The notes under the pieces: generated by a model
What the model was told of the DNA's origin: nothing
What the model saw: only the letters and a program-made list of their open reading frames with translations
The model's database searches: none
Origin: an uncultured Candidatus Saccharibacteria bacterium
GTDB taxonomy: Bacteria > Patescibacteriota > Minisyncoccia > Phycocordibacterales > UBA2100
Length of the DNA: 64,000 nt
Assembly: GCA_964471165.1 (NCBI GenBank)
Contig: CAYYEX010000001.1
Location: 65,037-129,036 of the forward strand
Reading direction: 5' to 3'
Made by a program: the position numbers and the translations under genes
Part shown: positions 26,740 to 35,628 of the stretch, piece after piece
Numbering within the stretch: the first letter of the stretch is position 1
Layout: every line of letters begins with the position of its first letter

Positions 26740-27021
26740 CTTTTCTCATCCAACTTTCTTGCGCGGACGTAGGACCGGAATATGGCCGGACAGACTTTTT
26801 TGGAGGACCGACCAAAAAAAGAAGGAGCGAAAGCACGGATGACTACCCGCCGTTCAATCATAAATACGGATAATACTCCGTCACAACAAGGAAAATAAAG
26901 CATCCATCGCCATGACAAACGCTTAAAAATTTTAAGAGGGAAACTTGACCGTGTTAGTGTATTGATATATCAATGCGCTCCGGCGAGTGCGAGGTGTGCA
27001 TTCATACGCATTGAGTCAATC

Positions 27022-29232
27022 ATGAAGTTAGTAATCGTAGAGTCACCTGCGAAAGCGAAAACGATCGAAAAGTATCTGGGAAAGGGATACACGGTCCGCG
27101 CTTCGGTGGGCCACATACGGGACCTCCCGAAAAGTAATAAAGACGCCGTCGATATCGAGGGTGGTTTTGTACCGCGCTATCAAATCGTAAAGGAAAAACA
27201 AAAGGTCATTGACGAGCTACACGAGATAGCGGAACGCTCGACCGAAGTGATTCTTGCAACAGACCCCGACCGAGAAGGCGAAGCGATTGCCTGGCATTTG
27301 GCGCAAACGATTGGCCTCAAAAAGCCGAAGCGAATCGTATTCCACGAAATCACCGAAAAAGCCGTCAACGATGCCATGGCCCACCCACGGAAAATCGACG
27401 AGCAGCTGGTGCGCGCCCAGGAGGCACGCCGTGTACTGGACCGCCTCTTCGGATACGACCTTTCAGGACTTATCTGGAAAAAGGTGCGCTACGGGCTTTC
27501 TGCCGGACGCGTGCAGTCCCCTGCGCTTCGCATCATCATGGAGCGCGAGCGAGAAATCCGCGCGTTCGTCCCCGAAAAGTACTGGGTAGTCAGCGCTGAT
27601 GTTAAAACAAAGAAAAAAGAACAATTCACTGTCATCTGCACTGAGGAACCAAAATCCGAAGAGGAGGCAAAGAGAATCCATGACGCCGCTACCAACAAAG
27701 AGTGGCAGGTTATTTCTGTGGACGAGAGCGAAGCAAAGCGCTCCCCGCGCGCGCCATTTACTACATCTACCTTGCAACAGGCAGCCTCGACGCGCCTCGG
27801 CTTTTCTCCATCGCGCACCATGGGTGTTGCACAAAAATTGTACGAAGCAGGTCACATTACCTACATGCGTACCGACAGTCCGAACTTGGCTGTTGAAGCG
27901 CAAGCGGCGCTCGTGGCAGTAGCCACAAACGAGTTCGGAGCAAATTATGTGGAGGCACGCACCTATAAAACTAAGTCAAAAAGTGCACAAGAAGCGCACG
28001 AAGCCGTTCGCCCCACAAATCCTCAGAAAGCGAATTGTGGCAACAACGAGGAGCAGAAAAAACTCTATGCACTCATTCGCGCTCGAGCACTGTCGAGCCA
28101 GATGGCAGACGCTAAGACGCTTCGCACGAAAATCATCGCGAATGTGACCGGAGCAACAATCCCTGATTTTGCTGCCAACGGCTCGCGCGTTACGTTCGAT
28201 GGCTGGCTTGCCGCGGACCCCGATGCTCGCGGTGAAGATGTGGAGCTACCAAAAGTTGCTGCGAACGACCCACTCACGCTCGTGGAAGCACATACCGAAG
28301 GAAAAGAAACGCAGCCACCGGGTCGCTACTCTGAAGCGGGACTCGTGAAAGAGCTCGAAAGCCGCGGCATCGGGCGCCCATCTACTTATGCATCTATTAT
28401 CCGCACCCTTGAAACACGCGGCTACGTGGAAAAGCAGGGCCGTACCATGCTCCCTACCGCAACAGGCGACGTAGTATCTACATTTATCGAAACCAACTTC
28501 GGTGAATACATTTCGGACACATTTACCGCTGAGATGGAAAACGAACTTGACGAAATCTCAGAAGGTACGCGCAAATACGAAAAAACGCTCAAAGATTTTT
28601 ACACTCCGTTTAAGAAAGCGGTGAAGGGTAAGGAAAAGATTCCAAAAATCACCGGCATGGGTGACGCACCGGAAGAGTTCCCCTGCCCAATTTGTAACGA
28701 CCCTATGGAATACAAGCTCTCCAAGAGCGGACGATTCATGAGCTGTAAAAAGTTCCCCGTGTGTTTGGGAGCTCGCCGCGACGACGGCACAATAATTCCA
28801 CCGCCAAAAGAAATCGGCGAAGCCTGCCCCGACTGCGGAGAATCAAAAGACGGCAAACTCATCCTGCGTGAGGGCCGATTCGGGCCGTTTATCGCCTGCT
28901 CCAACTTCCCCAAATGTAAGTTTGTAAAACAAGATCCGGAACAGGAGGCAAAAATGAAAACCGGCGTTACGTGCCCAACCTGCGGCACCGGAGAAATGGT
29001 GGAGCGCCGCGGACGGTTCGGAATATTCTTTGCCTGCGCGAACTACCCGAAGTGCAAAAACGCAATAAAGGCTCGCCCCACCGGCGCAATCTGCAAATTA
29101 TGCGGCTCACTCATGATGGAAGGGACTAAGACCATCCCCGAGCGCTGCAGCCAAAAGACCTGTGCAATGCACAATCCACACAAACTTGAGGGCACACCAG
29201 GAGCAGCCAAGAAAACTTCAAAGAAGAAATAA
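27022..29232 (+). CDS. topA: DNA topoisomerase I with C-terminal Zn-ribbon repeats
   Basis: MKLVIVESPAKAKTIEKYLG Toprim start, active-site region, three CxxC...CxxC zinc ribbons at the C-terminus. Start placed at the internal ATG at 27022. Confidence 0.9.
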   Translation: MKLVIVESPAKAKTIEKYLGKGYTVRASVGHIRDLPKSNKDAVDIEGGFVPRYQIVKEKQKVIDELHEIAERSTEVILATDPDREGEAIAWHLAQTIGLKKPKRIVFHEITEKAVNDAMAHPRKIDEQLVRAQEARRVLDRLFGYDLSGLIWKKVRYGLSAGRVQSPALRIIMEREREIRAFVPEKYWVVSADVKTKKKEQFTVICTEEPKSEEEAKRIHDAATNKEWQVISVDESEAKRSPRAPFTTSTLQQAASTRLGFSPSRTMGVAQKLYEAGHITYMRTDSPNLAVEAQAALVAVATNEFGANYVEARTYKTKSKSAQEAHEAVRPTNPQKANCGNNEEQKKLYALIRARALSSQMADAKTLRTKIIANVTGATIPDFAANGSRVTFDGWLAADPDARGEDVELPKVAANDPLTLVEAHTEGKETQPPGRYSEAGLVKELESRGIGRPSTYASIIRTLETRGYVEKQGRTMLPTATGDVVSTFIETNFGEYISDTFTAEMENELDEISEGTRKYEKTLKDFYTPFKKAVKGKEKIPKITGMGDAPEEFPCPICNDPMEYKLSKSGRFMSCKKFPVCLGARRDDGTIIPPPKEIGEACPDCGESKDGKLILREGRFGPFIACSNFPKCKFVKQDPEQEAKMKTGVTCPTCGTGEMVERRGRFGIFFACANYPKCKNAIKARPTGAICKLCGSLMMEGTKTIPERCSQKTCAMHNPHKLEGTPGAAKKTSKKK

Positions 29233-29237
29233 CTGAA

Positions 29238-29262
29238 GCGGCGCAGAGTGCGCCGCTTTTTC
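29238..29262 (+). terminator. Rho-independent terminator after topA
   Basis: GCGGCGC-agagt-GCGCCGC followed by TTTTT. Confidence 0.7.
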
Positions 29263-29279
29263 GTTCAACCCGGAACAGG

Positions 29280-29588
29280 TCAGTATTCGGGCCCATGAAC
29301 GACCGTATCATCGATGATTGGCTGCTCGCGCTTTGCTGCGATGTCGTCTTGCCGCCACGCTTCTTGCGAGCATGCAGAGCAGCGTCCATCTTCGTCGAGC
29401 GCTTTGCCACATGCGCACTTCGTCGTGTTTTTCAGGGGCACGCTGGATGCCATGAATATTTCGACGCCGCCAGCAATCTGTACCTGCGGACATTCGGCGG
29501 GTACAGGCATATCAAGCGCCAACTCGAATGCCGCATCGCTTTCATCGGTTCCGATTGCACAACCGCCGCAGTTGAGTCCGCACACCAT
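29280..29588 (-). CDS. hypothetical Cys-rich small protein (102 aa; CGLNCGGC...CPQ...CACGK...CSAC)
   Basis: Internal ATG preceded by GGGAGA. Acidic, protein-like composition. Competes with plus-strand ORF 29295..29648. Confidence 0.35.
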   Translation of the reverse strand: MVCGLNCGGCAIGTDESDAAFELALDMPVPAECPQVQIAGGVEIFMASSVPLKNTTKCACGKALDEDGRCSACSQEAWRQDDIAAKREQPIIDDTVVHGPEY

Positions 29589-29644
29589 GTCGCTCTCCCG
29601 TTCACGAGATTTGACCGAGTCCTTGTACAGAGTAGTATCAATAT

Positions 29645-31192
29645 ATGACTGCCGCCACTCCCCGACCTGTAAAAGACATTCTTTCGGAGATGTCGTCAAA
29701 ACTCCCCGACGACGTGTCTCTCGTTTCTCGCGCATACGACTTTGCACAAGTGGCTCACCAACCACAAAAGCGGTATTCGGGAGACCCATATTTTGTGCAT
29801 CCGGCCGAAGTTGGTTACTACCTTGCGCAGGTGGGCATGGACGCACACACCATTGCGGCGGGCCTCCTACACGACACAATTGAAGACGCCGGGGTGAAGC
29901 CTCAAACAATTACCGAGCAATTCGGCCCCGATGTTCTCACGCTTGTAGAAGGTGTAACCAAACTCGGCACCCTGCGCTACCGCGGGATGGAGCGCCACAC
30001 GGAATCACTTCGTAAACTATTTGCTGCAACCGCAAAGGATATTCGCGTACTTATCATTAAGTTAATGGATCGTTTGCACAATGCGCGCACACTTGAGCAC
30101 GTGCCAAAAATCGAGAAGCGCACGCGCATCGCACTCGAAACGCTGGAAATTTATGCACCTATTGCCGACCGACTCGGTATGTCGGTGGCGAAGCAGGAAC
30201 TCGAAGACGCTGCATTCCCGTGGGCTCACCCGAAGGAGGCAGAGAAAACCCGTGAACTTTTGAAGGAGCGCAAACACGAAAACGAACGTCGTCTCGAAAA
30301 AACGGAGCACGATATGAAGCGCGAACTCGCAGACGCGGGAATCCGCAACTTTCGCACCGAGGCTCGTATCAAAGGGATTTACAGCCTGTACCGAAAACTC
30401 GAGCGCAAAGATTGGGACATTACGAAAATCTACGACATTTTGGCGCTGCGCGTCATTTTCCCGACGGTTGCCGATTGCTATACCGCGCTCGGTATTATCC
30501 ACGGTCACTGGCGCCCCGTTCCAGGGAAAATTAAGGACTACATCGCATTCCCAAAGCCAAACGGCTATCAGTCAATCCACACCACTGTGTACACCGGCGA
30601 CGGCGGCGCACTTGAAATGCAATTGCGCACAGAAGCGCAACATCGCGAAGCCCTCTACGGAATCGCGTCTCATCTTACGTACAAAGACGTTCAGGTTGGC
30701 GCAAATAAGCGCGGAAGCCTTGAGTGGATTCGACAGTTTTTCCCTGGGTTTGGCAGTAAAAAAACTGAGACGACTGTTGGCATCGAAGAAGATTTGTTTG
30801 CTGAGGTGCCGGAGTGGGTGCAGGAACTCGCACACGTGCAACACCCAGGCGAAGCAACCGACGAATACCTCGATACCCTCAAATCTGACTTCTTCAGCCA
30901 TCGAGTATTCGTGTTTACACCGAAGGGCGACGTTATTGACCTGCCGATATCTGCCACACCTATCGACTTTGCCTATGCTGTGCATTCAGACCTGGGCAAC
31001 AAAATGTCGGGTGCGCGCGTAAACGGAAAAATGGTTTCGCTTGATACATCGCTGCGAAATGGAGACATGGTGGAAATCATCACCAAGGCATCGAGCAAGC
31101 CGTCGCGCAAATGGCACGACATCGCAAAGACCAACATGGCGAAAAAGCACATTCGAGCCGCACTCGCGCAGGAGCAGCGTAAGGCAAACTGA
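29645..31192 (+). CDS. rel: bifunctional (p)ppGpp synthetase/hydrolase, RelA/SpoT family (HD + synthetase + TGS, no ACT)
   Basis: HD motif LLHDTIED, synthetase motif RIKGIYSLYRKL...DILALRVI, TGS domain VFVFTPKGDVIDLP. Confidence 0.85.
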   Translation: MTAATPRPVKDILSEMSSKLPDDVSLVSRAYDFAQVAHQPQKRYSGDPYFVHPAEVGYYLAQVGMDAHTIAAGLLHDTIEDAGVKPQTITEQFGPDVLTLVEGVTKLGTLRYRGMERHTESLRKLFAATAKDIRVLIIKLMDRLHNARTLEHVPKIEKRTRIALETLEIYAPIADRLGMSVAKQELEDAAFPWAHPKEAEKTRELLKERKHENERRLEKTEHDMKRELADAGIRNFRTEARIKGIYSLYRKLERKDWDITKIYDILALRVIFPTVADCYTALGIIHGHWRPVPGKIKDYIAFPKPNGYQSIHTTVYTGDGGALEMQLRTEAQHREALYGIASHLTYKDVQVGANKRGSLEWIRQFFPGFGSKKTETTVGIEEDLFAEVPEWVQELAHVQHPGEATDEYLDTLKSDFFSHRVFVFTPKGDVIDLPISATPIDFAYAVHSDLGNKMSGARVNGKMVSLDTSLRNGDMVEIITKASSKPSRKWHDIAKTNMAKKHIRAALAQEQRKAN

Positions 31193-31205
31193 CAGACAAA
31201 CGAGA

Positions 31206-32240
31206 CTAGAGACTGAAATTTTTTACCGAGTACAAGTCTTCGGTCTCCTTCGTTTCTTCGGGCGTGGGCTCCGGTTGTGGCTCCGGCATTGTTTCTGCTT
31301 CCACTGGGACTGCTGGTGCCGCCTCCGGTGCCGCAACTGTTTCTGCGACGACTGCCTGCACGTTTTGCGGCGCGAGCGTAGCAATGGTTTGCGCAGCGGA
31401 CTGTGTGGTAAGTGCGATGCAAAGATTCGTCAAATCCTCCGGTGAGAAAAAGTCGATGTGGAGTTTGCCACCTGTGTCTTTCTTTTCGATGCGCACGCGC
31501 GTGCCAAGCCGCTCGGAGAGCTGCTTTTCGAGCGACATCAAGTCCGGTGACACGAGCGCCTTGTGGCGCACACGCTCAATCGCTACACGGCGCGCGAGTG
31601 CTTCTGCGTCGCGCACGGTCAGTCGGCGCGCAATAATCTCCTTGAAGAGTGTCATCTGTTCCTCGATTCTGTCGGCGAGCATCAAAAGCGGACGAGTGTG
31701 TCCCTCGCTAATCTCACCTTGTTCGAGCGCGGTCTGCATCCCTTCCGGAAGCGCAAGAATGCGCAACGTGTTTGAAACGTACTCGCGGCTTTTTCCGACA
31801 CGGGCACCGATTTCCTTGTGCTGGAGTCCGAATTGGTCGACGAGTTGCTTGAATGCTTTTGCGCGGTCGAGCGAATTAATGTCTTCACGCTGCAAGTTCT
31901 CGATGATAGCGAGCTCGAGTTTCATCTGGTCGCTATCTTCGGCGGTGCGAATGACAACCGGCACCATCGAGAGCCCTGCGAGCTTGGAGGCACGCAGACG
32001 CCGCTCCCCCGCAATCAATTCATATGCGACAGAAATCCCCTCACCCGGTCGCTCGGTTTCTTTGCGAGTGACGGTGAGCGGCTGAAGAATGCCGTACTGA
32101 CGAATAGACTCAGCAAGCGACGCGAGAGCTGCCTCGTCGAAGGTTTTTCGGGGCTGGTAGGGGTTCGGAGAAATCCTATCTACCTCAACCCAATATATTG
32201 AATCCATCATTCCTCCTGCCATATGACGCGATTGTAACAT
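31206..32240 (-). CDS. parB: chromosome partitioning protein ParB/Spo0J with Pro/Glu-rich C-terminal tail
   Basis: ParB box GERRLRA, HTH, C-terminal dimerisation region. No parA adjacent. Confidence 0.85.
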   Translation of the reverse strand: MLQSRHMAGGMMDSIYWVEVDRISPNPYQPRKTFDEAALASLAESIRQYGILQPLTVTRKETERPGEGISVAYELIAGERRLRASKLAGLSMVPVVIRTAEDSDQMKLELAIIENLQREDINSLDRAKAFKQLVDQFGLQHKEIGARVGKSREYVSNTLRILALPEGMQTALEQGEISEGHTRPLLMLADRIEEQMTLFKEIIARRLTVRDAEALARRVAIERVRHKALVSPDLMSLEKQLSERLGTRVRIEKKDTGGKLHIDFFSPEDLTNLCIALTTQSAAQTIATLAPQNVQAVVAETVAAPEAAPAVPVEAETMPEPQPEPTPEETKETEDLYSVKNFSL

Positions 32241-32316
32241 GCACCATTATTTGTTTTCGGGGGAAAAAAGCCGTAGACTTCACCGCATCGTCCTAGAACT
32301 CGCTTTTGGGAACGAT

Positions 32317-32398
32317 GCCGGAGTGGCGGAATTGGTATACGCGAACGACTCAAAATCGTTTGTCGAAAGGCATGAGGGTTCGAGTCCCTCCTCCGGCA
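32317..32398 (+). tRNA. tRNA-Leu (anticodon CAA), type II with long variable arm
   Basis: GCCGGAG/CTCCGGC acceptor stem, anticodon loop CTCAAAA, T-arm GAGGGTTCGAGTCCCTC, discriminator A. Confidence 0.85.
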
Positions 32399-32404
32399 CA
32401 AAAA

Positions 32405-32440
32405 TACAAAAGACGGGACATTGTCCCGTCTTTTGTATTT
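32405..32440 (+). terminator. Rho-independent terminator after tRNA-Leu(CAA)
   Basis: AAAAGACGGGAC-attg-GTCCCGTCTTTTGTATTTT. Confidence 0.7.
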
Positions 32441-32573
32441 TGTAGAGCGGGGTGGAACGAGAAAGTGAGGACTGGGGCCCCGCGAGTACGCGGGGATGTC
32501 CGAGCAGGGCCGAGCGGAGAAAAGTTCTGACGAGAACTTTTCGAGCGCTTGGCCGAGTCCCTCCTCCGGCACA
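32441..32573 (+). repeat. ~130-nt tRNA-Leu-associated structured element ending in a 20-nt exact copy of the tRNA-Leu(CAA) 3' end
   Basis: Contains hairpins CCCCGCG-agta-CGCGGGG and GAAAAGTT-ctgacgag-AACTTTTC. Ends cgagtccctcctccggcaca, equal to the tRNA at 32381-32400. Homologous element at 53261..53393. Confidence 0.8.
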
Positions 32574-32575
32574 AA

Positions 32576-32956
32576 TTAAGAACGCTTCCCAAACCAACGG
32601 TGGCGGTTCGAGGCGATAATACGATACACCAGGGCACCAAGGTGCTTAATGCCCGGTAGGGCCGAAATGGGAGCCACATACCTCCCGAGCGGGTGCCACC
32701 GCAGTATCACAATCACCGCATCGATTCCCCGATACATCACGCCGTTTTCGTCCATCGCGTGCATTTGGTACATGAGCGCTTCCTTACTCATTCCCTCCGG
32801 CAGGGTTTCTGACGCACCCACCGCATCTAAGTCGATATCTGTACGCAATTTCTTTACTGTGCTCTCGCAAAGATCGCACGAATCGTCGTAGAACACTGAG
32901 CGCCGTCCGGGATGGTCTACGTGATTATCCATACAAAGTATTGTACTGTGCCGCAA
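32576..32956 (-). CDS. thiol-disulfide oxidoreductase DCC family protein (DUF393)
   Basis: VFYDDSCDLCESTV is the YDGxCxLC signature. True start may be the internal Met (at 32932). Confidence 0.7.
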   Translation of the reverse strand: MRHSTILCMDNHVDHPGRRSVFYDDSCDLCESTVKKLRTDIDLDAVGASETLPEGMSKEALMYQMHAMDENGVMYRGIDAVIVILRWHPLGRYVAPISALPGIKHLGALVYRIIASNRHRWFGKRS

Positions 32957-33861
32957 TGAATCATGTACTGGTTATCGTGGGGCCCACCGCTTCAGGTAAA
33001 AGCGCCCTTGCCGTGCGCTTGGCAAAGAAATTCAACGGAGAGGTAATTTCCGCTGATTCACGCCAGGTGTACAAGGGCCTCGACATCGGAACGGGTAAAA
33101 TCACAAAAAAGGAAATGAGAGGAGTTCCGCATCACCTGCTCGATGTATCGTCTCCCAAAAAGAATTTTTCTGCGGGAGATTATGTGCGCCACGCACGCTC
33201 GTCCATCAAAGAAGTTGCGGCACGCGGCAAACTGCCGATAGTGGTAGGCGGTACTGGTTTCTATGTGGATTCCCTGCTTGGCCGCATCGACTTACCAAAC
33301 GTGCCCCCGAACAAAAAACTCAGAGACTCGCTCGCAAAGAAAACCGCTCCGCAGTTATTTGCCATGCTTAAGAAAAAGGACCCGAAGCGGGCGCGGGCCA
33401 TGGACACACAGAGCGAACGCAACAATCCAGTGCGACTTATCCGCGCACTCGAAGTAGCAACTGCCCCCAAGAGCTCGAAAAGTAAAAATGTAGCGAGGTT
33501 CGACCTTGGTACTGTTCTATGGATTGGGATTTCGCCGAGTGCGACGTTGCTGGAAAAGAAGATTCGCACTCGACTCCTGTCGCGCATAAAAGACGGGATG
33601 GTTGCCGAGGCACGACGACTGAAGAAATCTGGCCTCTCCTACAAACGCATGCGCGAGCTTGGGCTTGAATACCGCTCTCTGGCCGACCTACTTGAGAAGA
33701 AAATTACTCAAGTGGAGCTCGTTGAAATTTTGTATGGGGAGATTCGTCGCTACGCACGCAAACAAACTGGCTACTGGAACCGCAACCAAGACATCGCTTG
33801 GTTTGACCCGAAAGACGTGCAGAAAATCGTAGCCCTTGTCAGTCGATGGCAGAAGGAATAA
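32941..33861 (+). CDS. miaA: tRNA dimethylallyltransferase
   Basis: VIVGPTASGKSALAVRLA P-loop, ISADSRQVYKGLDIGT, about 300 aa MiaA architecture. Alternative start at 32956. Confidence 0.85.
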   Translation: MYCAAMNHVLVIVGPTASGKSALAVRLAKKFNGEVISADSRQVYKGLDIGTGKITKKEMRGVPHHLLDVSSPKKNFSAGDYVRHARSSIKEVAARGKLPIVVGGTGFYVDSLLGRIDLPNVPPNKKLRDSLAKKTAPQLFAMLKKKDPKRARAMDTQSERNNPVRLIRALEVATAPKSSKSKNVARFDLGTVLWIGISPSATLLEKKIRTRLLSRIKDGMVAEARRLKKSGLSYKRMRELGLEYRSLADLLEKKITQVELVEILYGEIRRYARKQTGYWNRNQDIAWFDPKDVQKIVALVSRWQKE

Positions 33862-34267
33862 CACCTGCTTCTAGCAGCGCTTTTACGTATCGATCCAATT
33901 CATCAACGGAAAGTGACTTTAGTTCCGCAAGCGTTACCCACTTGTACTCGATGTGCTCTTCGCTCAAATGCGGAGTACCTTCCGCGGTTCCTACATATGT
34001 GACCCGCACCACATGGCGATTCTGTTTTTGAACAAAAATATCCTGTGCCGCGATAACCCGGGGCTCGGAAGTCATTGTGAGTGCTGTTTCTTCAAATACC
34101 TCTCGTGCCAGGTTTTCGGATAACGATGAGCCCGTGTTGATGCGACCGCCCGGTATATCCCATTTGAACGACTCTGGGTATTCGATTGGCGAGCGTTTTA
34201 TCAGTAAATACTTTCCATCGGGATTCTTCAGAAGTACTTTAACGCCGACCTGGAGTTCCATACGCAA
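33839..34267 (-). CDS. NUDIX hydrolase
   Basis: Nudix box PGGRINTGSSLSENLAREVFEETAL. Confidence 0.75.
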   Translation of the reverse strand: MRMELQVGVKVLLKNPDGKYLLIKRSPIEYPESFKWDIPGGRINTGSSLSENLAREVFEETALTMTSEPRVIAAQDIFVQKQNRHVVRVTYVGTAEGTPHLSEEHIEYKWVTLAELKSLSVDELDRYVKALLEAGVIPSAID

Positions 34268-34660
34268 TTACAAGAGGTCGATGATGTAGTGACCAAATAT
34301 TCCAATACCGATGATTGCGGCAGTAATTGCAGAAAGCAGGACTGCACCGGCGGCGACGTCTTTTGTGTCGCGTGCGTATGGGTGAAATTCCGGCGAGGTG
34401 AGGTTGATATCAATTTCAATGGCAGTGTTGAACGCTTCAGCGGTAAGAACAAAGCCGCCGGCAAATGTGAGGAGCATCCAGTCTATGTAGGCGATGTCGA
34501 AATAGATTCCCATCAAGATTGCAACTGCAAGTGCCGAAATGTGCACCCATGCGTTATGGGTAGTTTTGAGAAAAATCCATAGCCCCCGCCCTGCATATGT
34601 AAAACTCTTTGCGCGCTTTACTATCGAAAACTGCTCCTGCGTTTCTGTCCGCTCTTCCAT
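34268..34660 (-). CDS. dgkA: diacylglycerol kinase / undecaprenol kinase (DgkA family)
   Basis: Three TM helices and the EAFNTAIE signature of prokaryotic DAGK. Confidence 0.75.
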   Translation of the reverse strand: MEERTETQEQFSIVKRAKSFTYAGRGLWIFLKTTHNAWVHISALAVAILMGIYFDIAYIDWMLLTFAGGFVLTAEAFNTAIEIDINLTSPEFHPYARDTKDVAAGAVLLSAITAAIIGIGIFGHYIIDLL

Positions 34661-34774
34661 AAATAAATCCTAGCACGTTGCCGAGACTCTCTTCATAAAA
34701 AAAACAGAGGGCTTTTGCCATACTGCCCACGTGTCCGATTACTAGCAAAGACACCATTTATATACATCAGGCAT

Positions 34775-34960
34775 ATGAACATTCTCATCACGTGTCCCCA
34801 ATGCGGCTATGAGCACAAAACCACCTCTAATAGGGAGCTCATGAACAAAATTGTTATGTGGAACCACATGAAGCGGGCGCATCCTGGAACCGCAGAGAGC
34901 ATACTGCGCAGATTCAAGCGCGTCCCCCACGACCTCTATCACGTAAAGATTACGGCATAA
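34775..34960 (+). CDS. small zinc-ribbon-like protein (61 aa; CPQCG...H...H)
   Basis: Internal ATG of ORF 34715..34960. Basic, C2H2-like spacing. Weak RBS. Confidence 0.3.
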   Translation: MNILITCPQCGYEHKTTSNRELMNKIVMWNHMKRAHPGTAESILRRFKRVPHDLYHVKITA

Positions 34961-35000
34961 GAACAGTTGGCGGGCATGCAAGCGCCCGCCGAATCAGGAT

Positions 35001-35609
35001 ATGAGTATGCTGAATCTGAGAGTTGTTGTTGCGTGTATCGGTGCGGTTACCGCAGCTTTTTTAATCACTGCCGCAATGCACGCGTTGGCACTACGACTCC
35101 CGGACAGCGATACGGGAGCTATTGGTACTGCCTCCACCAGCAGCACTGGTGCAGGCCTGCCCACGCGACTCAAAATTCCCTCGCTCGACATCGATGCACG
35201 GGTACAGCAAGTGGGCATTAACAAAAAAGGAGAAATGGGAATACCCGATAACTTTCGTGATGTTGCATGGTACGCGTATGGTCCCGCACCTGGTGAAAAA
35301 GGGAGCGCCGTCATAGATGGCCACGTGGACAACGCACTTGCGCTCAGTGGCGTATTTAAGCGCCTGCACGAGGTTCGCGCGGGGGACGAGGTAATCGTCG
35401 TAACCGAGAGCGGTGCGCAATTGCGCTTTATAGTCGTAGACGTGCAAACGTATCCCTACGCGGACGTGCCGCTTGACTTGATTTTCACTCGAGCGGACGC
35501 AGCTCGCTTAAACCTTATTACCTGTGCAGGAACATGGGTATCAGGCCTGCGCACGTATGACAAACGTACCGTCGTGTACACAATATTTTCCAATGCTATC
35601 GGCCTGTAA
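35001..35609 (+). CDS. sortase family transpeptidase
   Basis: N-terminal TM, catalytic His (VIDGHVD), TLxTC motif (LNLITCAG), conserved Arg (LRTYDKRTVV). Confidence 0.75.
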   Translation: MSMLNLRVVVACIGAVTAAFLITAAMHALALRLPDSDTGAIGTASTSSTGAGLPTRLKIPSLDIDARVQQVGINKKGEMGIPDNFRDVAWYAYGPAPGEKGSAVIDGHVDNALALSGVFKRLHEVRAGDEVIVVTESGAQLRFIVVDVQTYPYADVPLDLIFTRADAARLNLITCAGTWVSGLRTYDKRTVVYTIFSNAIGL

Positions 35610-35628
35610 ACGTGGACTGAGACCGGTA

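Noticed and set aside
29295-29648. Plus-strand 117-aa ORF between topA and rel with ATGA overlap to rel
   Set aside because: Translation is Arg/Cys/Leu-rich with no RBS. The minus-strand frame is more protein-like and has a GGGAGA RBS. Kept as an open question in findings rather than a feature.
32207-32679. ORFs 32207..32572 -, 32280..32597 -, 32306..32530 +, 32350..32679 - spanning the tRNA-Leu(CAA) region
   Set aside because: They overlap a high-scoring tRNA, a terminator and the structured repeat element. Translations are Pro/Arg/Ser-rich.
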